A stretch of 64,000 bases of DNA, from positions 2,620 to 66,619 of the forward strand of contig CANRMY010000005.1 of assembly GCA_947631845.1 (NCBI GenBank), read 5' to 3'. Made by a program: the position numbers and the translations under genes. The notes beneath the pieces were generated by a model. It had not been told where the DNA came from, made no database searches, and was given only the letters and a program-made list of their open reading frames with translations. Each line of letters starts with the position of its first letter. Position 1 is the stretch's first letter. Positions 40,581 through 51,299 of this stretch are shown piece by piece. This stretch comes from an uncultured Oscillospiraceae bacterium. GTDB taxonomy: Bacteria; Bacillota; Clostridia; Oscillospirales; Oscillospiraceae.

Positions 40581-43500
40581 ATGTCTCCTCTTTTCAAGAA
40601 CACATACCGGGAGATCCTGCGCTCGCCGGGGCGGTTTTTGGCCATTTTGGCCATCATCGTCCTGGGGAGCGGCTTTTTCGTGGGCCTCCGGGTGTCCCAG
40701 AAGGCCATGACGGCCACCGCCAACACCTATCTGGACAAGACCGGCTTCTACGACTTCTCCGCCGCCAACACCCTGGGCTTCACGGACGAAGACGTGGAGG
40801 CCATGGGCGGCGACCCCCACGTGCTGGACGCGGAGGGGAGCTTTCAGGTGGACGCCCTGGTGAATTTCGGGGAGAACATCGACTCCGTGTACGCCTTCTA
40901 CACCCTGCCGGAGCGGATCAACGTGCCGGAGCTTCTGGAGGGCCGCCTGCCCCAGGGGCCGGGGGAGTGTCTGGCGGACTCCTGGTCCGGCAAAAGGCCG
41001 GGGGACAAAATTTACCTCTCCGATACCAACGACCCGGACACGCTGGCGCTTTTCACCGTGCGGGAGCTGACGGTGACGGGGGTGTGTACCTCGCCGCTGT
41101 ACCTCAACTTCGAGCGGGGCAGTACGTCCCTGGGGGCCGGCTCCGTGGCGTCCTTCTGCTACGTCCTGCCGGAGGCTGTTGACGCGGACTACTACACCAC
41201 GGTGTATCTGCGTTGTCCGGATATGCCGGACGCCTACACCGGCGCCTATGACCGGCAAAGCGAGGCTTTGGAGGAGCCGCTGACGGCCCTGGCCGAGGCG
41301 CGGGCCCAGGCCCGCTTCGAGCGCGTCAAGGGCGATGCGGAGGCCGAGCTGCGCGACGCGGAAAAGGAATATGAGGACGGCCTGGCGGACTATGAGCGGG
41401 AGCGGGCCGACGCGGAGCAGGAGCTGGCGGACGCCTGGGCCGAGCTCCAGGACGCCCAAAAGGAGCTGGAGGACGGCAAAAGGGAGCTGGAAGACGGCAG
41501 GGCTGAGTTGGAGAACGGCAAAAAGGAGCTGACGGACAACGAAAAGACCCTCCGCGACGCCAAGCGGGAGCTGGACAGCTCCAAAGCGCAGCTGGACGAC
41601 GCCAAGCGGCAGTTGGACGAGGGCTGGGAGGCCTACGACCAGGGCGTATCCCAGCTTGAGGAAAGCCGTTCCCAGGGACAGCAGGAGCTGGACGACGCCG
41701 ATCTCCAGCTGTACTACGCCAAGATCCGGCTGAACCGGGGCGAGGCGGAGTACAGCGACAACCTGGCCCTCTATGAGGAGGGCCGGCGGCAATACGACAG
41801 CGGGCTCTCCCAATACAGCGCGGGCGCGGCGGAGCTGGACAGGGCGGAGGCGTCCTATCAGGCCGGAATGAGCCAGTTGGAGGCGGGCAAGCAGCAGCTG
41901 CTGGAGAGCCTTAATAACCCGTTTGTCCTCTCCGGCCTCCGGTTAAACGGCATAAACTACGATTCCGCCGAGGCGCTCTATCAGGATCTGCTGTACGGGG
42001 GTCCGGATCCCCAGGTCCTGGTCCTTTTGGATACATACGCCGGCATGTTGGGGACGGGTATGTCGGTGACCGACGCCGTCGCCGCCATCAGGGACGGGGA
42101 GCGGCAGCTGAGCGCCGCCCGTCAGGATATCGATGCCGGAAGGGCAGAGCTGGCCGCCAGCTGGAGCACACTTCAGGCTTCCGCCGCCCAGCTGGACGAG
42201 GCCAAAGCCCAGCTGGACGCCGGGCGGGCGGAGCTGGATCAGGGCTGGACGGAGTACAGGGACGGCCTCGCCGCCTACGAGGAAAACCTTGCCCTCTTCA
42301 ACGATTCCATCGCCGAGGGCGAACAGGAGCTGTCGGAGGCCAATGATGATCTTCTGGACGCCCAGGCCGCCTATGACGAAGGGCTGGCCGCCTATGAGGA
42401 CGGCCTGAAATCGTACAACGACGGGCTCCGCCAGTGGAACGACGGCAAGACGGAGCTGGAGCAGGCGGAGATCGACCTGGCCGACGCCCAGCGGAAGTAT
42501 GACGACGGCCTCAAGGAATATAACGACGGCCTTGCGGAATACAAGGACGCCAGGGCGGAGGCGGACCGGGAGTTTGCCGACGCGGAGGCGGAGCTGGCGG
42601 ACGCCCGGCGGGAGCTGGACGACGCCAGGGCGGAGATCGACGACATCGACTACCCGGACACCTTTTTGTTGGGCCGCTGGGCCAACGTGGGCTACGCCTG
42701 CTTCGAGTCGGACGCGTCCATCGTCCGCTCCATCTCGGCGGTGTTCCCGGTGTTTTTCTTCCTGGTGGCGGCGCTGATCTGCATCACCACCGTGTCCCGC
42801 ATGGTGGAGGAGCAGCGCTCCCAGCTGGGCGTGCTGATGGCCCTGGGCTATTCGCGCTTCAAGGTCATGGGCAAATTCCTCTCCTACGCGGGTCTGGCCA
42901 CGGTGGTGGGGTGCGTCTCCGGTATCCTGCTGGGCTCCAGGCTCATCCCCCTGGTGGTGTGGCAGGCCTATAAGATCATGTACTCCTTCTCGGATAAGAT
43001 CGAGTTTTTCTTTGACCCGGTGCTGTCCGGCGTCACCTTCCTTCTCTATCTGGCCGCCATGCTGGCGGTGACGTGGCTCTCCTGCCGGAAGGAGCTGAGC
43101 GACGTGCCGGCCAACATCATCCGTCCCAAGGCCCCCAAGGCCGGCAAGCGGGTGCTCTTAGAGCGGGTCCCCTTCATCTGGAACCGGCTCAGCTTCCTGT
43201 GGAAGGTGACGGTGCGGAACATCTTCCGGTACAAGTCCCGGGTCTTTATGATGATTTTGGGCATCGCCGGGTGTACCGCCCTGATGATCACGGGCATGGG
43301 CATCAACGACTCCATCAAGAACGTGGTGGACTACCAGTTTACGGAGATCTCCCTCTACGACTTCACGGTGACCTTCTCGGAGCACCTGGACACGGCGCGG
43401 CGGGAGGCGTTTTTGGAGGAGGCCGCCGGCGTCGCCGACGACGCCCTCTACCTCCATCAGAGCTCCTTCACCGCCTCCGCCAACAGGACGGAGAAGGAGG

Positions 43501-44321
43501 TCTACCTCAACGCCGTGGCCTCCGATTCCCTGGAGCGGATCGGGGAGTTCATCGACTTCCACCGGGGGACCACTCCCCTGCCCTTCCCCGGCCCGGGGGA
43601 GGCGCTGATCAACAATGGCCTCGCCAGGGCGCTGGGCGTGAAGGCCGGGGACGCCCTGGAGCTGCGGGACGACGAGACCTCCATGACGGTGACCGTCTCA
43701 GGCGTCTATGACAACTACATCTACAACAACATCTACATTAGCTCCGACACCTACGCCGCCCACACCGGCGGGGAGCCGGACATCAACTACGCGCTGGTGC
43801 TGAAGGACGAGGGCGTCACCACCGGCGAGGCGCTGGCGGCCATTTTAGGCATGGACGACGTGCTCACCGCCTCCGCCAGCGAGGATCTGCGGGCCCGTAT
43901 CGGGAACATGATGGCGAGCCTCATCTACATCGTCCTGCTGACCATCGTCTGCGCCGCCGCTCTGGCCTTTGTGGTCATCTACAACCTGACCAACATCAAC
44001 ATCCAGGAGCGGCTGCGGGAGCTGGCCACCGTGAAGGTGCTGGGCTTCTTCGACCTGGAATCGGCCCTCTACGTTCTCCGGGAGAACCTTTTGCTGACCG
44101 TCCTGGGGGCGGCGGCGGGCGTGCCCCTGGGGCTGGCGCTGAACGCCTATGTGATGGGGCAGATCAAGATCGATCTGATCCACTTCACCCCCCGCGTCCT
44201 GCCCATGAGCTACGTCTACAGCATCGCCCTGACGTTCCTCTTCAGCATCCTGGTGGACGGGCTCATGTTCCTGCGCCTCAAAAAAATCAACCCCGCCGAG
44301 GCGCTGAAAGCGGCGGAGTGA
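40581..44321 (+). CDS. double-FtsX-domain ABC permease with very large coiled-coil extracellular region
   Basis: Start trimmed to MSPLFKNTYREILRSPGRF behind GGAGAGGTG. 1246 aa. TM1, then a ~700-aa external region including ~470 aa of E/D/A/L/Q-rich repeats (ELxDAxxELxDG). Next come the FtsX 4-TM block, a second external domain and a second FtsX block. Confidence 0.85.
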   Translation: MSPLFKNTYREILRSPGRFLAILAIIVLGSGFFVGLRVSQKAMTATANTYLDKTGFYDFSAANTLGFTDEDVEAMGGDPHVLDAEGSFQVDALVNFGENIDSVYAFYTLPERINVPELLEGRLPQGPGECLADSWSGKRPGDKIYLSDTNDPDTLALFTVRELTVTGVCTSPLYLNFERGSTSLGAGSVASFCYVLPEAVDADYYTTVYLRCPDMPDAYTGAYDRQSEALEEPLTALAEARAQARFERVKGDAEAELRDAEKEYEDGLADYERERADAEQELADAWAELQDAQKELEDGKRELEDGRAELENGKKELTDNEKTLRDAKRELDSSKAQLDDAKRQLDEGWEAYDQGVSQLEESRSQGQQELDDADLQLYYAKIRLNRGEAEYSDNLALYEEGRRQYDSGLSQYSAGAAELDRAEASYQAGMSQLEAGKQQLLESLNNPFVLSGLRLNGINYDSAEALYQDLLYGGPDPQVLVLLDTYAGMLGTGMSVTDAVAAIRDGERQLSAARQDIDAGRAELAASWSTLQASAAQLDEAKAQLDAGRAELDQGWTEYRDGLAAYEENLALFNDSIAEGEQELSEANDDLLDAQAAYDEGLAAYEDGLKSYNDGLRQWNDGKTELEQAEIDLADAQRKYDDGLKEYNDGLAEYKDARAEADREFADAEAELADARRELDDARAEIDDIDYPDTFLLGRWANVGYACFESDASIVRSISAVFPVFFFLVAALICITTVSRMVEEQRSQLGVLMALGYSRFKVMGKFLSYAGLATVVGCVSGILLGSRLIPLVVWQAYKIMYSFSDKIEFFFDPVLSGVTFLLYLAAMLAVTWLSCRKELSDVPANIIRPKAPKAGKRVLLERVPFIWNRLSFLWKVTVRNIFRYKSRVFMMILGIAGCTALMITGMGINDSIKNVVDYQFTEISLYDFTVTFSEHLDTARREAFLEEAAGVADDALYLHQSSFTASANRTEKEVYLNAVASDSLERIGEFIDFHRGTTPLPFPGPGEALINNGLARALGVKAGDALELRDDETSMTVTVSGVYDNYIYNNIYISSDTYAAHTGGEPDINYALVLKDEGVTTGEALAAILGMDDVLTASASEDLRARIGNMMASLIYIVLLTIVCAAALAFVVIYNLTNINIQERLRELATVKVLGFFDLESALYVLRENLLLTVLGAAAGVPLGLALNAYVMGQIKIDLIHFTPRVLPMSYVYSIALTFLFSILVDGLMFLRLKKINPAEALKAAE

Positions 44322-44350
44322 AAAAGCGTACGCCTTACCCCGGCAGGGGG

Positions 44351-45130
44351 TATAAGGTATTCGCCCTTAAAAAGGCGGGGAAAGTCAGCTTTTTCTCTTT
44401 TCCCAAAATGGAAAAGAGAAAAAGCTTGCAAAAAGAGAAAAGATTTGTTGTTGGGCCCGGTGATGAACCGGGCCCAAGCTTTATTTCGGCGGTCCGGCTG
44501 CCGCGGTGGTGGACGAGGGCTATGGTCCCACTCATATCCGCGCGTGACGTTGTCGCATTGTGTCAGCGCCTAACCCGCTTAGCCGCTCACAGCTCAGTCA
44601 ACGACCCCATCGTTCCTATTTCACACGCACTGCTGTGGCTGTGATCATGCGCTTCTGTAGGGGCCGCCTCTCTTGGCGGCCCGATTTTTAAATGTGCGGC
44701 GGAGCCGCAACTTTTTTGGGGAGGGTGCATAAGGGAATTCGACGGTGCGTCGGGCCGGCCAGTGTCCGGCCCGTACGGGTGCATTGGGGGAAATGAGCCG
44801 GGAATTCGGCGGGCCGCCTGGAGAGGCGGCCCTTACAAGGTTGTATGAAGGATTTTCGGAAATTCGTGGGCCGCCGAGGGCGGCGGCCCGTATGGCGTCT
44901 TATGACAGATTTTCGGAAATTCGCAGCCAGCCATCCGTAGGGGCCGATGACCACATCGGCCCGTCCATCGAATTTCCGGGAATCTTTTGTTAGACGCCTT
45001 AGGGGCCGCGTTGGGGTCCCCATCGGGCTGTTGCCCGATGGGGAAAGGAGGAACCGAGCCAGCGCCTGAGCCCGAATACTTGGAGGGCGAGGTTAAGCGG
45101 CTCGCGCGAGGACGCAGGCGGCCCGTAATT
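44351..45130. repeat. composite repeat locus R5: M module (44351-44646), A array (44655-45012), E copy Ed (45013-45114, minus sense) inside an A2 hairpin, A4 unit
   Basis: See R1/R8 for M homology. Ed interrupts TTAGGGGCCGC|...|GGCGGCCCGTAA. Confidence 0.85.
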
Positions 45131-45189
45131 TTAAATAAGCGGTGAAGCCGCAACCTTTTTAAGGAAGTACAAATGAGACGAATGGAAGT

Positions 45190-45549
45190 TTATTTCCTTT
45201 TACTAACAAGCAAGAAAACCAGGACAAAAAGAACAAGAAATACTTCGACAGCAGACAGAACCATCCAAACAGCATTGCTGACATGCAACAAGGTTCCAAC
45301 CGCCAAGGCCAACACAATGAAGAAATACGTCAACTGAACCAAACAGAATCCTACATTTTCTTTATTTGACGCAATATAATGATAAAGAAACAATAGTGAC
45401 AAGACAGCAATGAAAATGTAAGCGAAATTGCGATATCGCGGGTTATCGCCGAAACACAGCTCTGAAACCGAAATCAGTACCGTCCCTATTGGCACAATTA
45501 AGAACAGGTATTTAGAATAAAAGCTATTTAATTTATATAGGAACTTCAT
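45190..45549 (-). CDS. small hydrophobic membrane protein, low-GC (~35%)
   Basis: 119 aa, 4 predicted TM, AT-rich codon usage completely unlike its neighbours. No family recognised. Confidence 0.5.
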   Translation of the reverse strand: MKFLYKLNSFYSKYLFLIVPIGTVLISVSELCFGDNPRYRNFAYIFIAVLSLLFLYHYIASNKENVGFCLVQLTYFFIVLALAVGTLLHVSNAVWMVLSAVEVFLVLFVLVFLLVSKRK

Positions 45550-45677
45550 ATATGAACACTTTTCCTACTATCTATCGGCAGTGTATCACAGCTGTCCCAA
45601 AACGTCTACTATTGGGGGCAAAATAATGGATTTTCGAAAATTTTAGGGACGGGCGGGCCTGCTCTACGGAGCGTTTG

Positions 45678-45706
45678 TTGACAGAAGCGGGGACAGGCGG
45701 TAAAAT
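45678..45706 (+). promoter_or_regulatory. promoter of the XRE-family gene
   Basis: TTGACA, exactly 17 nt, then TAAAAT. Confidence 0.55.
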
Positions 45707-45752
45707 TGGAGGCAGAAAAGCGGTCTCCTGACCGGCACAAGAGGTGACGCCC

Positions 45753-46820
45753 ATGATCGACATCCAGAACAGCCGCACCGGGGCCCTGATTCGGCAGGCC
45801 CGGGCGGAGAAGGGCCTGACCCAAAAACAGCTGGCCCAGCGCCTGCACATCTCCGACCGGACGGTGAGCAAGTGGGAGCGGGGCGCCGGGTTCCCGGATC
45901 TGTCCCTGCTGGAGCCCCTGGCGGAAGCGCTGGGACTCACCGTCACAGAGCTGCTCCACGGACAGCGGGAGGAGCGGCGCGAGGAGTTCCAGACGATTAC
46001 TGCCCGGGACGCGGCGGCGGTGCTCAGGAAGGCCTGGCAGGAGAAGCTGCGGGGCCTACGGAAGAGGGCACTGATCGCCTGCGCCGCCTTGGCGGCGGTG
46101 GCCGTAGTCGTCTTTTTCCTGACTCTGCCCAGCGCGCCCGGAGGATATGCGCGCCGCGGTTCCGTCACTATCGAGCAGATTTTCCCCGGCGGGCATGAGA
46201 GCCGGTTCTCCTTCCCCCTGGACTGCCGGGGGACCACGGTGAGCCCCGACAGCGAGCAGTTCGAGACGAAGCTGTCCCCCACGGAGCTGACCGCCCACAT
46301 CCTGTCCCAGCCCGGGGTGGACGGGAGCGCGGCGGTGTGGAGTCTGGACGGGACGGAGTACCGGCTGTTCACCGTGTATCCGGAGGATGGCCTGGGCCGG
46401 TACGCCCTGCTGTGCTGCCGCCCCGGGGAGGGGCGGCGCTGGCTGTATGACTTTGCCGGGGACATGATGATGGCGGCCTATCTGCGGGAAGATGGCGAGA
46501 GCAGCGCGGTCCTGTTCCCGGCGTTCCTGCTGGCGCAGGAGGGCTGGCCCATCTATCTGGACGCGGGGGAGGCCGCGCCCACCCGCTTCCCGGCCGGCCG
46601 GCTCCGATGGGCCTTCGATGCCCTCCGGGACTTCTATGAGGGCCCCGGCGGGGCGGCGTGGTATAACGAGGCGGTGGACGAGGCGGCTCTGACGGTCACG
46701 CTGACAGCCAAGGACGCGCTTCTGGCCGCGGAGAAACCGGACAGGGTGTGTCCCGCCTTTCAGGTGACGGCCCTGGTCCGGGACGGTACTGTGTACTTCC
46801 AAATCAACACTGCGTCATAA
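45753..46820 (+). CDS. XRE-family HTH protein with TM helix and extracytoplasmic C-terminal domain
   Basis: ATG 45753 behind AAGAGGTGA. HTH_3 signature LIRQARAEKGLTQKQLAQRLHISDRTVSKWERG, a TM helix (ALIACAALAAVAVVVFFLTL), then ~230 aa of unknown domain. Confidence 0.75.
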   Translation: MIDIQNSRTGALIRQARAEKGLTQKQLAQRLHISDRTVSKWERGAGFPDLSLLEPLAEALGLTVTELLHGQREERREEFQTITARDAAAVLRKAWQEKLRGLRKRALIACAALAAVAVVVFFLTLPSAPGGYARRGSVTIEQIFPGGHESRFSFPLDCRGTTVSPDSEQFETKLSPTELTAHILSQPGVDGSAAVWSLDGTEYRLFTVYPEDGLGRYALLCCRPGEGRRWLYDFAGDMMMAAYLREDGESSAVLFPAFLLAQEGWPIYLDAGEAAPTRFPAGRLRWAFDALRDFYEGPGGAAWYNEAVDEAALTVTLTAKDALLAAEKPDRVCPAFQVTALVRDGTVYFQINTAS

Positions 46821-46822
46821 TG

Positions 46823-47290
46823 CAGGGGCGGCCTCAACAGGCGGCCCGTACGGATCATATGACGGATTTTCAGCAATTCGCAACCAGCCATCCGTAGGGG
46901 CCAGAGACCCGCTCGGCCCATTTTTCGAATTTCCGGGTATTTTTTGTTAGACACCGTAGGGGCCGCCCTCCCGGGCGGCCCGTCCACCGTTTACCACCGG
47001 TTTTTCGTTATAAGTTGTAGGGGCCGCCTCTTTTGGCGGCCCGTTAATAAAATAAGCGGCGGAGCCGCAACCTTTTTGGGGACGGCGCGTAAGGAAATTC
47101 GATGGTGCGTCGGGCCGGCCAGTGTCCGGCCCGTACGGGTGCGGTGTATGGAAATGCGGCGGGAATTCGTGGGCCGCCGAGGGCGGCGGCCCGTACGGCG
47201 TTGATTGAAAATCCGGTGGTTGACCGGGACGGGCCGCCCGGAGAGGCGGCCCGTACGGCGTTTTAAGGGGGATTTTTACAAATTCGGTGG
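46823..47290. repeat. REP-like A array R6 (~8 units)
   Basis: The unit order (A2, A3-like, A2, A2, A4, A1, A2, A2) is largely co-linear with 44655-45012 and 50760-51295. The arrays are therefore copies of a higher-order ~0.4 kb repeat. Confidence 0.85.
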
Positions 47291-47299
47291 GGATCATCC

Positions 47300-48010
47300 T
47301 TACCTGTCCATGCGGATGAGCTTTTTTACGCGCTTATAGAGGGGCAGGGTAATCAGGGACACCAGGAGGGCCTTAACCAGGTTGAAGGGGGCCACGCACA
47401 GGGCGGCCATGGTGTAGACGGAGGTCACATGGCTGTTGACGGCCTGGGCCATACTGATGATTTCGTCCAGGGGCGCATGGTAGAGCCGCGCGAAGGCGGG
47501 GATCAGGTAGACGGCGTTGAAGAGACTGCCGAAGACCGTCATGATGAGACCGCCGGCGACCAGGGATACCACGGCCCCCTTGAAGGTGCGGTGGGTGTGG
47601 TAGATCACCGCGGCGGGCAGGACGAAGGAGCACCCCACCACGAAGTTGGCGAAATCCCCCACGAAGGCGGTGGTGGTCCCCTTCAGCAGGAGCTTGAGCA
47701 CCACCTTTAAAAATTCGCAGGTCACCCCGGCGGCGGGGCCCATGGAGAAGGCGCAGATCAGGACCGGGATCTCCGAGAGGTCCAGCTTATAGAACTCCGG
47801 CGCCAGGAACACCAGGGGGAACTCCAAGAGCATCAGCACGCCGGCCAGAGCCGCGAACATGCCCATATAGGCCACGTGGCGGGCGGGGGTCAGTTTGCGC
47901 ATGTCGCGGATCAACAGCTTTTGCGCCAGCAGGGCCAGGATCAGAAGGCCGGCGAACACCGCGATACACACCAGGATGAACGAGAGATTTTCCTTCAGGG
48001 CTTGAAGCAT
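47300..48010 (-). CDS. ribU: ECF-transporter S component, riboflavin-specific (RibU-like)
   Basis: 236 aa from ATG 48010 (or 258 aa from the in-frame ATG 48076). 5-6 TM. Lies directly downstream of an FMN riboswitch. Confidence 0.8.
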   Translation of the reverse strand: MLQALKENLSFILVCIAVFAGLLILALLAQKLLIRDMRKLTPARHVAYMGMFAALAGVLMLLEFPLVFLAPEFYKLDLSEIPVLICAFSMGPAAGVTCEFLKVVLKLLLKGTTTAFVGDFANFVVGCSFVLPAAVIYHTHRTFKGAVVSLVAGGLIMTVFGSLFNAVYLIPAFARLYHAPLDEIISMAQAVNSHVTSVYTMAALCVAPFNLVKALLVSLITLPLYKRVKKLIRMDR

Positions 48011-48091
48011 GGTCAAAAAACTCCTTGCGATACGCGCAAAGACGAACGAGAGATTTTCCTTCAGGGCTTGAAGCATGGTTAAAAAACTCCT
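47978..48091. repeat. 48-bp direct repeat spaced 66 bp apart, duplicating RBS + ATG + first 11 codons of ribU
   Basis: 47978-48025 and 48044-48091 differ at one base. Both copies contain AAGGAG..ATG-CTT-CAA-GCC (MLQALKENLSF), in frame with each other. Confidence 0.9.
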
Positions 48092-48100
48092 TTCACAAAC

Positions 48101-48140
48101 GAAAAACGCCTGAACTGTCCGTCCAGGCGCTTTTTTGCGC
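48101..48140 (-). terminator. riboswitch expression-platform terminator
   Basis: Minus strand reads AAAAAAGCGCCTGGACGGACAGTTCAGGCGTTTTTCG. Confidence 0.7.
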
Positions 48141-48159
48141 AGAAAGGTTCGCGGAAGGC

Positions 48160-48300
48160 TCCGCGCATCTTCTCCCATCCAGACTGGGGGCCGCTGCCGG
48201 CCCGTCACTGTCGGTACCGGAATCACACCGGTTCAACGCCAAAGCGCTCGCGGACTGTACCGCCGGTCGGGGTTCTCACCCTGCCCTGAAGACGAATAGT
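48160..48300 (-). promoter_or_regulatory. FMN riboswitch (RFN element)
   Basis: Minus strand reads TTCGTCTTCAGGGCAGGGTGAGAACCCCGACCGGCGGTA..AGTCCGCGAGC..CCGGTGTGATTCCGGTACCGACAGTGA..CAGTCTGGATGGGAGAAGATG. This matches the conserved RFN cores AGGGCAGGGTGAAAxxCCCGACCGGCGGTA and CCGACAGT..AGTCTGGATGGGAGAAG. Confidence 0.88.
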
Positions 48301-48474
48301 ATCAAGTTCTGTGATTATTATATACCCGTGTTTTCAGAAATTCAATACCCTGTCGCAAAAAAGTTGTCGAACGCGGCGGAGGAATATTTTTTGCTCCCCT
48401 CCCCCGTTTGACGAAATTCTCCCCGGTGTCCCGTATAGAATTATGGTAAACCTATCCACAAGGGGGATTTTTCG

Positions 48475-50754
48475 TTGAAACAGGCAGAGGGCGCCAGGGG
48501 CGCCATCATCTCACGGGCTTTTGACAGGGCCGGGGCGGCGGAGCTGGCCTTGCGGCTGGCCTCCTCGTTCCTTTTGGGGCGGGCACGGATCTTCGGGGGC
48601 ATCGTCCCCTTCGGCATCGCCTTTACGGCGGCCTCCGGCGGCGGGGTGTGGGGCGTCACGGCGCTCCTGGGGGCGCTGGTGGGGACGCTGACAGCCGGGA
48701 GCTTCGGCTGGAGCGTCAAGTACATAGCCATCCTGTGTCTCACCTTCGCCTCCGTGCGTTTTTTCAAAAGCGCCGCGCCCTGGTGGTTTTCCATGGCGGC
48801 GGCCTTCGGCTTCACGCTGGTCATCGGCGGGGTCTACGTTCTGGATTCCGGCTGGGAGGTGACCACCACGGTCATGTGGGTGGTGGAGAGCTTTCTGGCC
48901 GGGGGCTTCACCTATTTCTACGAGACGGCGCTGACCGTGCCCCGTGACCGGGGGGAGCGGGCCCTGCGGCCCTCCCGGGCGGCGTCGGTGACGCTGCTGG
49001 GGGCCACGCTCCTGCTGTCGCTGGCGTCCTTCGCGCCCTTCGGGGTGCTGTCCCTGGGGCGGACGGCGGCGGTGCTGGTCATCCTGGCGGTGACCTGCCG
49101 GGGCGGCATGGGCGCCGGGTGCGTCACGGCGGCGGCCTTAGGGGCGGCCATGGATCTGGGCCAGGGCGGACTGCCGTTTTTCACCCTGTCCTATGTCTTC
49201 TCCGCCCTGGTGGCGGGGGTCTTTTCCCGGGAGGGGCGGCTGACCTTCACCTTAAGCTGGGTGGCCTCCACCGCCGTGACGGTGCTGTGGTTCTGGCGGT
49301 TTTACCGCTGGTTCCCGGCGCTCTTCGAGACCTTCGCGGCCTCGGTGTGCTTTATGCTCCTGCCGGAGGAGCTTTTGGCGCGCCTTTCGGCCTATCTGCC
49401 CCGGGACGGCTCCGGCTACGGCTATCTCAAGGCCAGGGACTACACCCGGGAGCGGGTGGAGCGGTGCTCGGCGGCCTTCAAAGGGCTCTACGACAGTCTG
49501 CGCGCGCGTCTTAACCAGGACGGGGAGGCGGAGACGCCGGCCCTCCTCTACGACCGGGCCAGCGACGCGGTGTGCCGCAGCTGTCCCAACTCCTCCCGGT
49601 GCTGGCAGGAGGAATATGTGGAGACGCTGGACGTGATGAACGCCATGACGCCCGTGCTGGAGCGGAAGGGCGCGGTGGAGCCGGAGGATCTGCCGGAGGC
49701 CTTCACCCGCCGGTGCAACCGTCTGGAGCGGCTTTTGGCTCAGATCAACGCGGAGGCCAGGGCGTATCTCACCCGCAAGAGCTTCCGGGCCCGTCTGCGG
49801 GAGAGCCGTGGGGCGGCCTACGGCCAGTACGGCGACATCGCGCGGGTGCTGTCGTCCCTCTCCCGGGAGCTGGGCGGAGAGATCCGGGTGGAGCCGGAGC
49901 TGGAGAAGCGCCTGCGCAAGTATCTGCGGGGGCTGGCGATGGACGCCAGCGTGGCGGTGTTCCGGCTGCGGGGCGGGCGTCTCCGGGCGGAGATCCGCAG
50001 CCAGAGCCTGCGGCTTTTAAAGCGGGACAGGCATTGGCTGGACAACCTGTCCTCGGTGCTGGGCATGCGCCTGTGCGCGCCGGAGGGGCAGGAGGAGGGG
50101 CGGCTCCTCCTGCTGGAGGCCGAGCCCCTGGCCGTCACCGTGGGTTCCGCCGCCGCCAGGAAATCCGGGGAGAGCGTCTCCGGGGACCGGTGCCTGTGCT
50201 TCCGGACGGACGAGGGGATGCTGTATGTGCTCCTGTCCGACGGCATGGGGGCCGGCCCGGAGGCCGCCCGGATGGCCTCCGACGCCGCGTCGGTGATCGA
50301 GCGTTTTCTCCGGGCCGGCATCGCCCCGGAGCTGACGCTGGACATTCTCTCCTCCCTGTGCCTTCTGAAAAACGAGGACAGCCTGGAGAGCGCCACGGTG
50401 GATCTTCTGGCGCTGGACATGTTCTCCGGCGAGACAAAGCTCTACAAATACGGGGCGGCGCCGTCGTATCTGCGGCGGGGCGCGTCGGTGAAGCGGGTGG
50501 GCGGCGCCACCCTGCCGGTGGGCTTCGCCGCCAAGGGGGCGGAAAAGGCGGTGACGCGCCTGTCCCTCCAGGCCGGGGACACCCTGCTCATGGCCTCCGA
50601 CGGCATCGGCGACGAAAAGCTCCTGCGTCAGCACCTGGCCTCCGATCAGGACGACCCCCAGCTTCTGGCCCGGACGCTCCTGGGCGAGGCCGCCAAGACC
50701 CCCGCCCAGGACGACATGACGGTGATCGTGGTGAAGGTGGAGACAAGGGAATAG
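48475..50754 (+). CDS. spoIIE: stage II sporulation protein E (PP2C phosphatase with polytopic N-terminal domain)
   Basis: 759 aa, TTG start behind AAGGGGGA. ~10 TM N-terminal region, then C-terminal PP2C motifs SGDRCLCF, LLSDGMGAG, ASDGIGD, DDMTVIVVKV. Confidence 0.88.
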   Translation: MKQAEGARGAIISRAFDRAGAAELALRLASSFLLGRARIFGGIVPFGIAFTAASGGGVWGVTALLGALVGTLTAGSFGWSVKYIAILCLTFASVRFFKSAAPWWFSMAAAFGFTLVIGGVYVLDSGWEVTTTVMWVVESFLAGGFTYFYETALTVPRDRGERALRPSRAASVTLLGATLLLSLASFAPFGVLSLGRTAAVLVILAVTCRGGMGAGCVTAAALGAAMDLGQGGLPFFTLSYVFSALVAGVFSREGRLTFTLSWVASTAVTVLWFWRFYRWFPALFETFAASVCFMLLPEELLARLSAYLPRDGSGYGYLKARDYTRERVERCSAAFKGLYDSLRARLNQDGEAETPALLYDRASDAVCRSCPNSSRCWQEEYVETLDVMNAMTPVLERKGAVEPEDLPEAFTRRCNRLERLLAQINAEARAYLTRKSFRARLRESRGAAYGQYGDIARVLSSLSRELGGEIRVEPELEKRLRKYLRGLAMDASVAVFRLRGGRLRAEIRSQSLRLLKRDRHWLDNLSSVLGMRLCAPEGQEEGRLLLLEAEPLAVTVGSAAARKSGESVSGDRCLCFRTDEGMLYVLLSDGMGAGPEAARMASDAASVIERFLRAGIAPELTLDILSSLCLLKNEDSLESATVDLLALDMFSGETKLYKYGAAPSYLRRGASVKRVGGATLPVGFAAKGAEKAVTRLSLQAGDTLLMASDGIGDEKLLRQHLASDQDDPQLLARTLLGEAAKTPAQDDMTVIVVKVETRE

Positions 50755-50759
50755 AACAA

Positions 50760-51295
50760 CGCCGTAGGGGCCGGACACCGGCCGGCCCGTGAAGCGAATT
50801 CCCGAAAATTTTTCGTTAGACGCCGTAGGGGCCGCCTGGAGAGGCGGCCCGTGGCACCATCGAATTCCGCGATATCCGATTGATACGCTTCCGTAGGGGC
50901 CGCCTCTCTTGGCGGCCCGATTTATAAATAAGCGGCAATGCCGCAACCTTTTTGGGGAGGCGGCACGTATGGGAATTCTGGGTGCGTCGGGCCGCATAGG
51001 GCCCCCATCGGGCCGTTGCCCGATGGGGAAAGGACGAGCCGAGCCAGCGCCTGAGGGCGAATACCTGGAGCCCGAGGTTAAGCGGCTCGCGTGAGGACGT
51101 GTCCGGCCCGTACGGGGCGCGGTGTACGAAATGCGGTGGGAAATACGGTGGGCAGCCGAGGGCGGCGGCCCGTACGGTGTCTATTGGAAGATTTCGGGAA
51201 TTTGAAAGAACGGGCCGCCTGGAGAGGCGGCCCCTACGGCTTCTATTGAAATTTTTCGAAAATTCGATACGCGGGCGGGCCGGACGGCCTGCCCC
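50760..51295. repeat. composite repeat locus R7: A array with E copy Ee (50995-51099, minus sense) inserted in the loop of an A1 hairpin
   Basis: GCGTCGGGCCG|Ee|TGTCCGGCCCGTACGG, compared with the intact unit GCGTCGGGCCGGCCAGTGTCCGGCCCGTACGG at 44748-44779 and 47108-47139. Confidence 0.85.
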
Positions 51296-51299
51296 CTTT

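Noticed and set aside
44655-45012. The possibility that the hairpin arrays are CRISPR arrays.
   Set aside because: The repeat units are not identical direct repeats. They alternate in orientation, have irregular spacing (35-70 nt), and their spacers are themselves conserved between loci. No cas genes are in the window.
45572-46465. A 297-aa minus-strand ORF overlapping the XRE-family gene.
   Set aside because: It is S/R/P-rich with no motifs. The opposite strand encodes a clear HTH_3 domain with its own promoter and RBS.
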